Notes: a model not told the origin generated them from the letters alone. Shown: positions 10,100 through 20,728, numbered from the stretch's first letter. The stretch: DNA of 64,000 nt from Candidatus Latescibacterota bacterium (GCA_965222075.1 OZ244937.1:704001-768000); one strand, 5' to 3'. Program-made: numbers and translations.

Positions 10100-11947
10100 T
10101 CAGGTGGATGTTTCAAGCGCTGCTTGCGCTGTAGAGAGCATGCCGTTTAAGATCTGCCGGGCAAGGCGGTCGACGGCAGCCTTTGTCTGCTCCAGGTCTT
10201 TCGACGCCAGGTGGGGATGGTCTGCGGAGGCGGCCGAGACGTAGTACTTGATCTTGGGTTCGGTGCCCGAAGGACGGGCGGTGACCCGGGTGTAGCCCGC
10301 CCGGGTGAAGGTGAAGGCGATGACGTTGCCTTTGGCGCCCTCCACCCTCCGGGTAGCGCCGGTGTGCAGGGTGTGGGCCTGTCCGGTTTGCCGGTCGATG
10401 ATTTCGACAATCGGATGACCGCCGATTTCCGCTGGGGGACAGGTGCGCAACCCCTCCATGATGCGGGCGATTTCCCGGCTGCCCTCCGCGCCCTCCCGCA
10501 CGGCGGATTTCTGGATCTCCCGGAAGTAGCCGTACTCGCGGTAGATGTCGTCCAGGTAATCCCGGAGGGTGCGTCCCCGGGCCTTGAGCCGGGCCGCGCA
10601 TGCAGAGAGGAGGACTGCGGCGGCGGCGGCGTCTTTGTCCCGGACAAACGAGCCGGCCAGGTAGCCGTGGCTCTCTTCGGCGCCGAAGATGAACTCGGCG
10701 TTGGAGGCATGTTTTTCGATGACTTCACCGATGTACTTGAAACCGACCAGGAGATTGTCTACGACTTCGACGCCGAAGGCGCGGGCGATGAGGCCGGTGA
10801 GGTCGGTGGTGACGATGGTTTTTGCGACCAGCCCCCTGGGCGGAAGGTCGTCCCGGTCCCTTTTCTGCTGGAGCATGTAGTGGCAGAGGAGGGCGCCGAT
10901 CTGGTTGCCGTTTAAGGCCAGGCTTTCGGGCGGGGCGTCCCAGCCCTTTTCCGGATGGGGCAGGGCGCAGCCGAGGCGGTCGGCGTCGGGGTCGCTGGCA
11001 ATGACGATGTCGGCGTCGATTTCCGCGGCCTTTCGGATGGCGAGGGTGAAGACCCGGGGGTCTTCCGGGTTGGCGATGCCCCCCCGGACGGTGGGGAAGT
11101 CCCCGTCGGGAACGGCCTGCGCTTCAATCAGGTGGAGGTCCCGGTAGCCGAGTTTTTTCAGGGCAGGGACAACAGAAGTGGCGCCCACGCCGTGAAGGGG
11201 CGTGTAGAGGATGCGGACGTCCCGCTCCCCGGAGAGGGTGAGGCCGGCGAGTTTGTTGTGGTAGGGTATATCGATTTCGGCGTCTACGATCCGGATCAAT
11301 CCCGCTTTGACTGCTGCGTCGAAATCGCACGTTTTGATGGTTGTGACGGCCTGGACCTGGTCCATAATGTTTCGGTCGTGGGGGGGTACGACCTGGCCCC
11401 CGTCCGACCAGTAGGCCTTGAATCCGTTGTCGGAGGGCGGGTTGTGGCTGGCGCTGATGACCACGCCGGCCACGGCGCCGGTTTCGCGCACGGCAAAGGA
11501 GAGTTCCGGTGTGGCGCGGAAGCCGTTGAAGAGGTGGGCAAAAACGCCGTTGCCCGCCAGGATGGCGGCGGTTTGCCGGGCAAAGCGGTTGGAGTTGTGC
11601 CGGGTGTCGTGGGCGATCACAGCGCCCCGGCCGGCGCCAGTGGGCCCTGCGGCCTTCAAAATGTACTGGGCCAGGCCCTGGGCAGCTTCTCCGACGGTGC
11701 GGAGGTTGATCCGGTTGGGGCCGGGGCCCATTTTGCCGCGGATGCCGCCCGTGCCAAACTCGATCTGTTTTCGGAAGGCATCCTCGAGTTCAATCAGGTG
11801 CTCATCTTCGATCAAGTCGAGGATTTCCGCCCTGAAATCGGCATAGGCCGGTTGCACCAGCCAGTGCACCACCCGGGCTGCCGCCTCCTCAGAGAGCTTG
11901 CCTTCCTTTATCCAGACCTCAACCTGCTTTATCCCCGCCTGTGACAC
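10100..11947 (-). CDS. Phosphoglucomutase/phosphomannomutase family protein
   Basis: FGTGGIRG, SASHNP (catalytic Ser), DPDADR, GAEESHG and RPSGTEPKIKYY. The GTG start follows an AGGAGA RBS. Confidence 0.93.
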   Translation of the reverse strand: MSQAGIKQVEVWIKEGKLSEEAAARVVHWLVQPAYADFRAEILDLIEDEHLIELEDAFRKQIEFGTGGIRGKMGPGPNRINLRTVGEAAQGLAQYILKAAGPTGAGRGAVIAHDTRHNSNRFARQTAAILAGNGVFAHLFNGFRATPELSFAVRETGAVAGVVISASHNPPSDNGFKAYWSDGGQVVPPHDRNIMDQVQAVTTIKTCDFDAAVKAGLIRIVDAEIDIPYHNKLAGLTLSGERDVRILYTPLHGVGATSVVPALKKLGYRDLHLIEAQAVPDGDFPTVRGGIANPEDPRVFTLAIRKAAEIDADIVIASDPDADRLGCALPHPEKGWDAPPESLALNGNQIGALLCHYMLQQKRDRDDLPPRGLVAKTIVTTDLTGLIARAFGVEVVDNLLVGFKYIGEVIEKHASNAEFIFGAEESHGYLAGSFVRDKDAAAAAVLLSACAARLKARGRTLRDYLDDIYREYGYFREIQKSAVREGAEGSREIARIMEGLRTCPPAEIGGHPIVEIIDRQTGQAHTLHTGATRRVEGAKGNVIAFTFTRAGYTRVTARPSGTEPKIKYYVSAASADHPHLASKDLEQTKAAVDRLARQILNGMLSTAQAALETST

Positions 11948-12141
11948 GGTTGCGTTTCTCCTATAAGGCGACGGACCACAGAGGGTGGAAAGGCCCTGTT
12001 TCTGTCCGTTGTCCAGTGTGGTCCTGAAGAAATTGTAAATCAAAGTCTTGTGGATGTCAAGGCGCTGTCAGGTCTAAGGGTTAGAAACCGCTTGACTTTC
12101 TTCAGGTTTTTTCCGTATCCTTGGCTGAAGGAGCCGGTCGT

Positions 12142-12843
12142 GTGATTGTGATTTATTCTCTTTTTTTTATTTTGTTCCTTTTCTTGTTTCTCCCTATCCG
12201 CATTGGCGTTTTGGGACGCTATGAAGAGGAAGGCGGCGTGTTGTGTGGTTGGGTGAGGCCGTGGAGCGGCCTGTGGGGGGTGCGGGTGATCTACAAAGGG
12301 GGAAGGGTGCATATCGGTCCGATGTTGTGGGCCTGGGCGCCGTGGCGTATTCTACTGCGCCCCCGGGAAAAAGAGGTTGTCGGGACAGAGGTCGCGGATG
12401 CAGAGGGGGCGGCGGAAAGACGCCGTCCATCCATCCGTGAGCGGCTGGCAGAGGGGCTGGACCGGGCGGAGCGGGTGTGGTCCTATTTCGGCCCGCTCAG
12501 GGCGCCGGTGTGGCGCTTTTTAAAGCGGTTGCTCCGGGGATTCCGGTTTCGGCGATTTGTATGCCGGCTGGTTTTCGGGGCACCGGATCCGGCGACAACG
12601 GGGCAGATTTTTGGATATGCCCAGGCGATTTCAAATGTGATGAGCCCCAGGGCGCAGGTGAACGTCCTGCCCGATTTTGAGCAGAAGCGGCTGGAAGGCG
12701 AAGTGGAAGTGGAGGTGTCGGTTACCCTCTACCGATTGCTCTGGGCGGTGTTCTGCCTGGTTCTGCGGGTTGCCGGGGCCTGGGTCGCAGATGCCTGGAA
12801 CAGATGGCGGCGACCGGCCGTAGATGTGAGTGCAACACAGTGA
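12142..12843 (+). CDS. DUF2953-like membrane-anchored protein
   Basis: Hydrophobic N-terminus, FGAPDPATTGQIFG and V.PDFE motifs. Sits in the usual position upstream of ytfJ. Confidence 0.7.
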   Translation: MIVIYSLFFILFLFLFLPIRIGVLGRYEEEGGVLCGWVRPWSGLWGVRVIYKGGRVHIGPMLWAWAPWRILLRPREKEVVGTEVADAEGAAERRRPSIRERLAEGLDRAERVWSYFGPLRAPVWRFLKRLLRGFRFRRFVCRLVFGAPDPATTGQIFGYAQAISNVMSPRAQVNVLPDFEQKRLEGEVEVEVSVTLYRLLWAVFCLVLRVAGAWVADAWNRWRRPAVDVSATQ

Positions 12844-12866
12844 GCTTCAGGATGTGAGGAGGCGCG

Positions 12867-13268
12867 ATGTCTGTCGAAAATTTGATCAAAACGCTGTTGC
12901 AGGAATTCCGGGAAATCGTCAAGACGGAGACGGTGGTGGGGGAGCCCGTGGTGGTTGGAGAGACCGTGATTGTGCCGGTTTCGAAGATTTCGTTCGGATT
13001 CGGCGCGGGCGGCGGAAAGGGGGATAAGTCCGAAGGGGGAAAGGGTACGGGGGGAGGCGCGTCGGTCGAACCGGTGGCTTTTATCGTGATTCGGGAGGGG
13101 AAGGCGCAGCTGCTTCCGCTGAAAGAAAAGGAGATGTCGGTCAAGAAGCTGCTGGAATTTGCCCCCGATGTGATCAAGAAGGTGAAGGCGTTCCGGGAGA
13201 AACGGGAAAAGAAGAAGGCCCGGGAGGCCGATGAGGATTCGGGAACGGACCAGGGCGATGTGGCGTGA
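12867..13268 (+). CDS. YtfJ/GerW family protein
   Basis: TVVGEP..VGETVIVPVSKISFGFGAGGG...GGGASVEPVAFIVI signature. Confidence 0.88.
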   Translation: MSVENLIKTLLQEFREIVKTETVVGEPVVVGETVIVPVSKISFGFGAGGGKGDKSEGGKGTGGGASVEPVAFIVIREGKAQLLPLKEKEMSVKKLLEFAPDVIKKVKAFREKREKKKAREADEDSGTDQGDVA

Positions 13269-13280
13269 GGACCAGACCGT

Positions 13281-14516
13281 ATGGGACGCCTGCTTCTTTT
13301 GCTTCCCACCCAGACGTACCGCGCCCACGATTTTATGGAGGCGGCAGGGGCGCTGGATGTGGACGTGGCCGTCGGGTCGGACCGCCGTCAGGCGCTGGCC
13401 GACCTGACGCCGGGGAAGACGCTGGCGCTCGATTTTCTGACGCCGGATGCGGCGGTGCGCGATATCTTAGCCTTTGCTGAGACGTATCCGCTGGATGCGA
13501 TTCTGGGGGTGGACGACGATTCGGTCCTCCTGGCCGCGATGGCAAGCGAAGCGCTGGGGCTGCCCCACAATTCTACAGCGTCCGTCCGGGCGTCCCGGTA
13601 TAAACATGTGATGCGCCAGATGCTGGCAGATACAGGCCTGCCCTCGCCGGGGTTCAGGCTTTTTTCAATTCAGGACGATCCGGCAGCGGCCGCCCGCTCG
13701 GTCCGATTTCCCTGCGTTCTGAAGCCGGTTTCCCTGTCGGCAAGCCGGGGGGTGATCCGCGCGGACAGCCCCGAGGCGTTTACAGGGGCGTTCAGACGGA
13801 TTGTGGCTCTTCTGTCTCAGCCCGGGGTGGCCGCTGTGGCAGGAGAAGCTGCCGACCAGCTCCTGGTAGAGGACTATATCCCGGGGGAAGAGGTGGTGTT
13901 GGAGGGGCTGCTGGTGGGAGGGGCGTTGACGGTTTTGGCACTGTTCGACAAACCAGACCCCCTCGAAGGCCCCTATTTTGAAGAGACGCTCTACGTGACG
14001 CCGTCCCGTCTGCCGGCAGATCGGCAGGCGGCGATTCGGAACACGACCGTGGAGGCTGCCAGGACTCTGGGATTACGGGAAGGGCCTGTTCACGCGGAAC
14101 TCCGGTTTAACGATGCCGGGGTGTGGATCGTAGAGGTTGCGGCCCGGTCAATCGGGGGGCTCTGTTCGCGGATCTTGCGTTTCGGGGCCGGGATTTCGCT
14201 GGAGGAGCTGATCCTGCGTCAGGCCGTTGGGCTGGACCTGGGGCCGATGCAGCGGGTGGGAAGGGCAGCGGGGGTGATGATGCTGCCCGTGCCGAAGAAG
14301 GGGATGCTGCGGTCGGTGTGCGGGGCAGATGTGGCGAAGAGGGTTGCAGGCATCCAGGATGTGGTGATTACGATTCCGCTGGACCAGGAGGTTGAACCGC
14401 TGCCGGAGGGGTCGCGCTACCTGGGGTTTATCTTTGCGCATGCGGACCGGCCAGAGGAGGTGGAGGCGGCGCTGCGGGAGGCGTACCGGCGGCTGGCTGT
14501 GGTGATCGAGGCCTGA
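13281..14516 (+). CDS. ATP-grasp domain protein (amino-acid ligase-like)
   Basis: FPCVLKP...ASRGV, LLVEDYIPGEE, HAELR and IVEVAARSIGG. Confidence 0.88.
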   Translation: MGRLLLLLPTQTYRAHDFMEAAGALDVDVAVGSDRRQALADLTPGKTLALDFLTPDAAVRDILAFAETYPLDAILGVDDDSVLLAAMASEALGLPHNSTASVRASRYKHVMRQMLADTGLPSPGFRLFSIQDDPAAAARSVRFPCVLKPVSLSASRGVIRADSPEAFTGAFRRIVALLSQPGVAAVAGEAADQLLVEDYIPGEEVVLEGLLVGGALTVLALFDKPDPLEGPYFEETLYVTPSRLPADRQAAIRNTTVEAARTLGLREGPVHAELRFNDAGVWIVEVAARSIGGLCSRILRFGAGISLEELILRQAVGLDLGPMQRVGRAAGVMMLPVPKKGMLRSVCGADVAKRVAGIQDVVITIPLDQEVEPLPEGSRYLGFIFAHADRPEEVEAALREAYRRLAVVIEA

Positions 14517-14527
14517 TCCTGCGGCAG

Positions 14528-15964
14528 TCAGACAAGAGCGAACTGCTCTTCGGTCGGTTCTGCTCAGCAGTACCAGGGTTCGGTGAGGTAGGGGACGGTG
14601 GCCGGCGAGGCTACGGTGGCGGGGTCAAACGGGGGAAATGGACGGTCCAGGGCGGCATTGGCGTGCGCCCAGATCTCGCCGAAGATCTCCCGGCGGCGGG
14701 TATTTTTTGCCTGACCGTGTGTGACGATCCGGGTAATGTCCCGGTGGAGCCTGTCCACCCGGGGGTCGGGGTGGTCCCACCGATAGCTGAGATATTCCGG
14801 GTCGAAGGGGCCAAGCAGGGTTCGGACTTCGGGAAGTTCGAGGAGGCGGGAGCCTTCCGGAATCAAGAGCCGGATGGCAAGCTGGACCGGGGCGACGTGC
14901 TCGATGAGGTCCAGGTCGTGCAGGAGCGCCAAGAGATCGGCGTAGCCTTCAAGCGTGGTCCGGGGGGTGAAGGGGATGAAGGTCGGGTTCAAACTGAGGT
15001 CGTGTTCCCGGAAGAGGCGGGCGAGTCGGATGAAATCCTCTCGCGTATGGCCCTTGTCCAGGAGGGCAAGCATGTCATTGTCGATGGACTCCACGGCGGT
15101 GGTGACGATCGCGCACCCGGTCTCCCGCAGGGTGGGGAGGTGGCCCGCGTGTTTGAGGAGGTGCTCGACCTTGACCGTGACGTCGTAGGTAAGGTCGGGG
15201 AATTCCCGGTGGAGTTCCAGAACGAGGGGAACCGCGTGGCCGATGCCGTTGAAGAAGTCGGGGTCGCCAAAGGTGATGTGTTCTGCGCCGGCCGCCACCT
15301 GCCGGCGGATGTCTTCTAAGACGATGTCCTGCTGGACGATCCGGAATTTGCCCCGGTAGACGGGCACCACGGGGCAGTGGCGGCAGAGGTGTTTGCACCC
15401 CCGGCTGGCTTCGGTATAACCGACGGTTTTCGGCGAGCCGTTTCCGATCCGGAGTTGGGCGTAGCCAGAGAGGGGAGGGAGGTTGCGCCGGTCGGGGACC
15501 AGGAAGCGCTGGCGGTCCAGGGAGATGAGGGGCTCGATTTGGGGAAGGTCCACCGCACCGGACGCCTGAAGCCGGTTGCAGAGGCTGACCAGGCCCGCTT
15601 CAAATTCGCCGCCCAGGATGGTGTGGGCGCCTATGCTGCGCAGGTAGGCCTCGTTCATGGGGGCGTAGAGGCCGTAGAAGCAGATATGGGCGTCGGGATT
15701 TTGCGCTTTTACCCGGATCGCGAGGGGGACGGCCAGGCGGGTTGCGGTGTGCATGGGGACGTAGAAGGCCACCAGGTCTGCCAGGCGGACCGCCTCTTCG
15801 GGCAGGTCACCGACCGACAGATCCGCGGTGACGACCTCTATCCCACCGCGCCTCAGCCAGGCCGCAGGTGAGGCCAGGCCAAAAGGCTGACGGCCCAGTT
15901 CATAGGTCGAGATCAGGATGGCTTTGAGAACTGGGCCGTTGGTATTTTGAGACCCGGTTTGCAC
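14528..15964 (-). CDS. CUAEP/CCAEP-tail radical SAM protein, predicted selenoprotein (Sec at UGA 14566-14564)
   Basis: CKHLCRHC radical SAM motif and a B12-binding-like N-terminal domain. The C-terminus reads EPWYC-TGA-AEPTEEQFALV-TGA, matching the family's CUAEP tail. Confidence 0.88.
14531..14563 (-). promoter_or_regulatory. Putative bacterial SECIS hairpin
   Basis: AAGAGC-agttc-GCTCTT stem-loop on the minus strand (14550-14534). The loop starts 19 nt after the in-frame UGA and has G at its second position. Confidence 0.65.
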
Positions 15965-15966
15965 GG

Positions 15967-16548
15967 TTATTTTGACGGCTGATAGTAGGGGTTTTCTCCC
16001 CCTGCATGGTCGGTGGCGTCGAGGATCTCCCGAATTTCCGGAACGGACTCTTTGATCAAGACCTCAACGCCCTGCTTCAGGGTGACGTCGACCATGCCGC
16101 ACCCCTGACACCCTCCGCCGAACTGGACGTAGGCGACGTTGTCCTTTACGTCGATGAGGGAGACGTGGCCGCCGTGGGAGGCCACGCTGGGGTTGATCTT
16201 CTCGTCGATGATCTGCTGGACTTTTTCGGCGACCGTGCCCTTCAAATGGGGCGGGATTTTGTTGGGGTTGTCTATTTTGAACCCCCTGCCCATCAGGCTG
16301 TCCACAAAATCGAGGACGATGTCCTGGGCATAGGGTGCGCTCTTAGAATCGATGTAGATGTTGAATCCCTCGAAGGGAATGACTTCATCGCCGTCTTCTT
16401 CCTGATCTTCGGCCACGAAGGATAAGCGGAAATTGGCCTGCAGGGGCGAGACGGCCTCTGCTTTTACCCGCACGCCTTTGATCGGCGTTTTCTGGGCTTC
16501 CATCATGTCGACGATTTCCTTCTGTGCGACTTCCGTGACGGTTACCAT
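15967..16548 (-). CDS. nfuA: NfuA-type Fe-S cluster carrier
   Basis: Degenerate A-type N-terminal domain followed by INPSVASHGG and GGGCQGC (Nfu CxxC). Confidence 0.88.
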   Translation of the reverse strand: MVTVTEVAQKEIVDMMEAQKTPIKGVRVKAEAVSPLQANFRLSFVAEDQEEDGDEVIPFEGFNIYIDSKSAPYAQDIVLDFVDSLMGRGFKIDNPNKIPPHLKGTVAEKVQQIIDEKINPSVASHGGHVSLIDVKDNVAYVQFGGGCQGCGMVDVTLKQGVEVLIKESVPEIREILDATDHAGGENPYYQPSK

Positions 16549-16596
16549 TGTTGCCGTCTCCTCCAGGAGCGTAAACCCCTGTTCTGTGTGTGATGA

Positions 16597-17076
16597 TTAT
16601 TGTCTTACCTGGAGCAGTTCGTCCGTCATGCCCTTGAAACAGGCGCTGAGCCTCTGCTCTTCACCCAGCAGGTCTTTCAGCGTGATTTTGCCCAGTATCT
16701 GGTCTACGACAAATTGCACGGTGCTCCAGAGCGACCGGATGGAGCAGTCCACCGAGTGGGTGCAAAGTTCTTCCTGGCCAGCGTGCTCTTCACAGAAATT
16801 CGGGCCGAAGAGGCGCCCGCCCAACACCGCGAGCACTTCACCGACAACAATCTGATCGGCCGGTTGGGAGAGCCTGTATCCACCGGACTGGCCGCGGGCG
16901 CTTTCGACGAATTCCCCCAGGCGCAAAATGCGCATGAGCTTTGCGACATTGGGGGTCGAAAGCCCTTCGGCCCGGCCGATTTCAGAAATCGTCAGGCCAC
17001 CTCCCGTCTGTTCCTCCTGGCGTCCGATCTGGAGGAGGCAACGGAGTCCATATTCTTCCTGGGCGCTTAGCTTCAT
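16597..17076 (-). CDS. Rrf2-family Fe-S transcriptional regulator (IscR/SufR-like)
   Basis: MKLSAQEEYGLR, SARGQSGGYRL, and three Cys (C..C..C) in the C-terminal region. Confidence 0.88.
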   Translation of the reverse strand: MKLSAQEEYGLRCLLQIGRQEEQTGGGLTISEIGRAEGLSTPNVAKLMRILRLGEFVESARGQSGGYRLSQPADQIVVGEVLAVLGGRLFGPNFCEEHAGQEELCTHSVDCSIRSLWSTVQFVVDQILGKITLKDLLGEEQRLSACFKGMTDELLQVRQ

Positions 17077-17078
17077 AA

Positions 17079-17612
17079 TTACAACATCCCCAGTTCAAGC
17101 TTGGCCGCTTCGGACATCATCTCGGGGTTCCAGGGGGGGTCGAAGACCAGATCGAGGGTGACGTCTCTCACCCCCGAAACGCTGCGCGTCTTGCTTTCCA
17201 CTTCGGCCGGGAGGATGGCGGCCGCGGGGCAGTTGGGGGAGGTGAGGGTCATTTTCACATAAGCCATGCCCGATTCTTCCACCTTGACCTCGTAGATCAG
17301 GCCCAGTTCGTAGATGTTGACCGGAATTTCCGGGTCGTGGACCGTGCGGAGGACTTCGGCGATCTTTTCCTGGATCTCACTGGGGACGACAGGGGCCTGA
17401 TCGCCGGCTGCTGCTGCCTCGGACACCCTTTTTTTCGCTTCTTCCTTTTGTTCGGCGTAGGATGCGAGAGCGTCGGTTTTGACCGGAGGGACCTCCTCCT
17501 GGGCCTTTGTCTTTTCGCCGGAAGGCCCTGAGTCTGGGGGCACAGGCGGCTGTTCGGGTTGCGCTTTCTGACCAAATATGCGATTCAGCGCGCGTTGATA
17601 TAGACGGGGCAA
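17079..17612 (-). CDS. sufT: SufT / DUF59 Fe-S assembly protein with N-terminal extension
   Basis: DPEIPVNIYELGLIY, MTLTSPNCP and FDPPWNPEMMSEAAKLELG. Confidence 0.88.
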   Translation of the reverse strand: MPRLYQRALNRIFGQKAQPEQPPVPPDSGPSGEKTKAQEEVPPVKTDALASYAEQKEEAKKRVSEAAAAGDQAPVVPSEIQEKIAEVLRTVHDPEIPVNIYELGLIYEVKVEESGMAYVKMTLTSPNCPAAAILPAEVESKTRSVSGVRDVTLDLVFDPPWNPEMMSEAAKLELGML

Positions 17613-17642
17613 GGTCTGTCCTCCTGCTTTTTGAAAATCGGG

Positions 17643-18095
17643 CTATTCGGTCATGACGGGCCGGTCCACACCTCGAAGGGCGGCCTGGAGGGTATGCCAG
17701 GCTAAGGTTGCGCATTTGACCCGAATGGGGAACTCCCGCACACCGGCGAAGACGGCGAGTTTGCCAAGGCTGTCCGTATCCGGCGACGTGTCGAGGTCTG
17801 CGGTGACCAGATCGTGGAATTTCCCGAAGAGGGTTTCCGCTTCTTCCCTGGTCTTTCCTTTCAGGGCGGATGTCATCAGCGAAGCCGATGCCTTGGAGAT
17901 GGCGCAGCCGGACCCCTGAAAGGCGATGTCTTCGATGCGGTCGTCTTTCAGGTTGAGGTAGAGGGTGATGTGGTCCCCACAGAGCGGATTGTGGCCTGCC
18001 GATGCCCGGTTGGCCTCTTTCAGTTCCTTGAAGTTGCGGGGGCTTTTGTTGTGATCGAGAATGACCTGCTGATAGAGCTCCCGAAGGTCGGACAT
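17643..18095 (-). CDS. sufU: SufU (NifU-like) sulfur-transfer/scaffold protein
   Basis: LYQQVILDH, NPLCGD, GCAISKASAS and RVKCATL. Confidence 0.92.
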   Translation of the reverse strand: MSDLRELYQQVILDHNKSPRNFKELKEANRASAGHNPLCGDHITLYLNLKDDRIEDIAFQGSGCAISKASASLMTSALKGKTREEAETLFGKFHDLVTADLDTSPDTDSLGKLAVFAGVREFPIRVKCATLAWHTLQAALRGVDRPVMTE

Positions 18096-19375
18096 CAGCG
18101 GAATACCTCGGTGACTTTGTGAAGCCCTCGAACCAGGGCGTCGATATCTTCGGGTGTGTTGTAAAAGGCGGTGGCGGCCCGTGTGGTTGCCGGTACGCCA
18201 AAACGCTGCATCACCGGCTGGGCACAGTGATGGCCGGCCCGGACGGCGACGCCCTCCTGGTTCAGGACGGTGCCGATGTCGTGGGGGTGGATGTCCTCCA
18301 TCACAAAGGAGAGAACGCTGACCTTCCGGAAGGCCGTGCCGATGATTCTCAGGCCCGGGATCTGGGAAAGGGCTTCTGTGGCATAGGACAGCAGTTCCTC
18401 TTCGTAGACCGCTGCGTGGTCCAGCCCGACCTGGTTGAGGTAGTCGATTGCCGCCCCAAGCCCGATGCCGCCGGCGATGGGCGGCGTTCCGGCTTCGAAT
18501 TTGTTGGGGAGATCGGCATAGGTTGTTTTTTCAAAGGTCACGGATTTGATCATGTTCCCCCCCCCGTGGTAGGGGGGCATAGACTCAAGCAGGTCGGCCT
18601 TTCCGTAGAGCACCCCAATGCCGGTGGGGCCGTAGAGTTTGTGGCCGGAGAAGACGTAGAAATCACAGTCGAGTTCCCGGACGTCGACCTTCAGATGGGG
18701 GACGGCCTGGGCGCCGTCTACGAGCACCAAAACGCCCCGGCGGTGCGCCAGGTCTACGATCTCCCGGACAGGATTCAGGGTTCCCAGGGCGTTGGAGACG
18801 TGGGTGACCGAGACGAGTTTGGTCCGGCCGTTGAGGCGCTTTTCGTATTCGTCGAGCATCAGCTCTCCCCGGTCGTTGATGGGGATGACGCGGAGTTTCG
18901 CCCCCTTTTCTTCACAGAGGATCTGCCAGGGGACGATGTTGGAGTGGTGCTCCATGGTGGAGATGAGGATTTCGTCGCCTTCTCCAACCTGCTGCCTGCC
19001 CCAGGTCTGGGCGACTAAGTTGATGCCTTCGGTGGTGCCGCGCACGAAGATGATTTCTCGATTCCGGGCGGCATTCAGGAAATACCGCACCCTGGTGCGG
19101 GCCCCTTCGTAAGCGTCCGTTGCAATCTGGCTGAGGTGGTGCACGCCCCGGTGGATATTGGCATTTTCACAGGCATAGTAGCGCTTGAGGGTGTCAATCA
19201 CGACCTGGGGCTTCTGGGCGGTGGCCGCATTGTCCAGGTAGGCCAGCGGCTTTCCACACACAAACTGCTTCAGGATCGGGAAATCGGCCCGGACCCGGTA
19301 GGGATCGAAGGGACCGGCCCTGTCGATGAGGGAGTAGGGCCGGGCGGGCGCGAGGGGTTGGGGGACGATGCTCAT
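18095..19375 (-). CDS. sufS: Cysteine desulfurase SufS
   Basis: [22 protein letters not shown] and RAGHHCAQP. Confidence 0.96.
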   Translation of the reverse strand: MSIVPQPLAPARPYSLIDRAGPFDPYRVRADFPILKQFVCGKPLAYLDNAATAQKPQVVIDTLKRYYACENANIHRGVHHLSQIATDAYEGARTRVRYFLNAARNREIIFVRGTTEGINLVAQTWGRQQVGEGDEILISTMEHHSNIVPWQILCEEKGAKLRVIPINDRGELMLDEYEKRLNGRTKLVSVTHVSNALGTLNPVREIVDLAHRRGVLVLVDGAQAVPHLKVDVRELDCDFYVFSGHKLYGPTGIGVLYGKADLLESMPPYHGGGNMIKSVTFEKTTYADLPNKFEAGTPPIAGGIGLGAAIDYLNQVGLDHAAVYEEELLSYATEALSQIPGLRIIGTAFRKVSVLSFVMEDIHPHDIGTVLNQEGVAVRAGHHCAQPVMQRFGVPATTRAATAFYNTPEDIDALVRGLHKVTEVFR

Positions 19376-19384
19376 GGCGATTGC

Positions 19385-20713
19385 CTAAGCCTGGCGGGCA
19401 TGTTCGAGTTTTCCCATGACTATCCGGCTGAGCTGCTGCCGGACCGGCTCGACCTGGATTCGGTCGATCAGATCATCTGCAAAGGCCTGAATCAGGATTT
19501 GGCGGGCCAGTTCCAGGCTAAGGCCACGGGACCGCAGGTAGAAGACGGCGTCCATGTCCATCTGGCCGGTTGTGGACCCGTGGGAACACTTCACCTCATC
19601 GGCGTAGATTTCGAGCTGGGGCTTGGAGTTGACGCTGGCATCGTTTGAGAGCAGCAGGTTCTGGTTGGTCTGATAGGCATCGGTATTCTGCGCCTTCCGG
19701 TGGACGTGGATGCGGCCACGAAAGACGCCGCTGGAGGCCCCGTCCAGGATGCCCTTGTAGAGTTCGTGACTGGTACAGTTCGGTTCGGCGTGTTCGATCA
19801 GGGTGTGGTTGTCCACGTGTTGTTTCCCGTCCAGGTGGTAGAGGCCGTTTACGGTGGCCTCACACCCCTCCCCAGCCAGCAGGGCGTTGACTTCGCTGCG
19901 GACCAGCCCTCCCCCCAGAGAGATGGCGTGGGTGGAGATGTTGCTGTGGGGCCCCTGGCGGGTCTGCAGGGTGGCGATATGGAAGGCCTCGGGGCCCTCT
20001 AACTCCAGTTTGTAGTGGTCGACAATGGCGTTCTCGCCCGCCGCAATCTCGGTTACGGCATTGGTAAAGTAGGCACCCTCTACCCCCACGTAGCTCTCGA
20101 TAACGGTGGCCTGGGTGTTCTCTTCGGCCAGGATGAGGGTGCGGGGGTGGGAGACGGTGGGATGCGCTTTGGCGGTTGAGATGTAAAGGGTGTGGACGGG
20201 CGTTTCAAGCGCGGCCCCCTTGGGAAGGTAGACGAAGGCGCCATCCTGGATAAAGGCGGTGTTGAGGGCCGTAAAGGCGTGCTCTTTGTACGGGGCATGC
20301 CGGGCCAGGTGCGCCGATACAAGCGCTGCGTCTGATTCGAGAGCCGCTGCAAGACTGCCTGCCCGGACCCCACCCGGCAGCGCCGGGTGAGACGAGAGTT
20401 CCGGAGCATAGTATCCGTTGACAAAGACCAGGTGGGTACAGGCCAGCCCGAAGGTAAAGGCCTCGACCTGCCGGGGAGTTACCCCCTGAGGGTCATAGCC
20501 CGTTACGGGCGCGAACGGGATTTTTGTGAGGGGGGCCACATTGGTATTGATCCAGTCTTCATTCCGACGCGTGGGGAAGCCAAGTTGGGCAAACCGGTCG
20601 ATGGCTTCCTTACGCAACGTATGAATCGGGGAGGCCGATTTTCCATTCAGGCCCTTTTCAAATCCTTCAAATGTGGATACGTACCGGTCTTTCCGATCTG
20701 CGGTCTGCATCAT
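19385..20713 (-). CDS. sufD: Fe-S assembly protein SufD
   Basis: FPTRRNEDW, and KPQLEIYADEVKCSHG...FYLRSRG. Confidence 0.94.
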   Translation of the reverse strand: MMQTADRKDRYVSTFEGFEKGLNGKSASPIHTLRKEAIDRFAQLGFPTRRNEDWINTNVAPLTKIPFAPVTGYDPQGVTPRQVEAFTFGLACTHLVFVNGYYAPELSSHPALPGGVRAGSLAAALESDAALVSAHLARHAPYKEHAFTALNTAFIQDGAFVYLPKGAALETPVHTLYISTAKAHPTVSHPRTLILAEENTQATVIESYVGVEGAYFTNAVTEIAAGENAIVDHYKLELEGPEAFHIATLQTRQGPHSNISTHAISLGGGLVRSEVNALLAGEGCEATVNGLYHLDGKQHVDNHTLIEHAEPNCTSHELYKGILDGASSGVFRGRIHVHRKAQNTDAYQTNQNLLLSNDASVNSKPQLEIYADEVKCSHGSTTGQMDMDAVFYLRSRGLSLELARQILIQAFADDLIDRIQVEPVRQQLSRIVMGKLEHARQA

Positions 20714-20728
20714 AATCCTGTGGTTCTC

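Noticed and set aside
12867-13268. Sporulation capability implied by ytfJ/gerW
   Set aside because: The family is widespread in non-sporulating bacteria and archaea, and this organism has LPS-transport genes and no other sporulation genes here.
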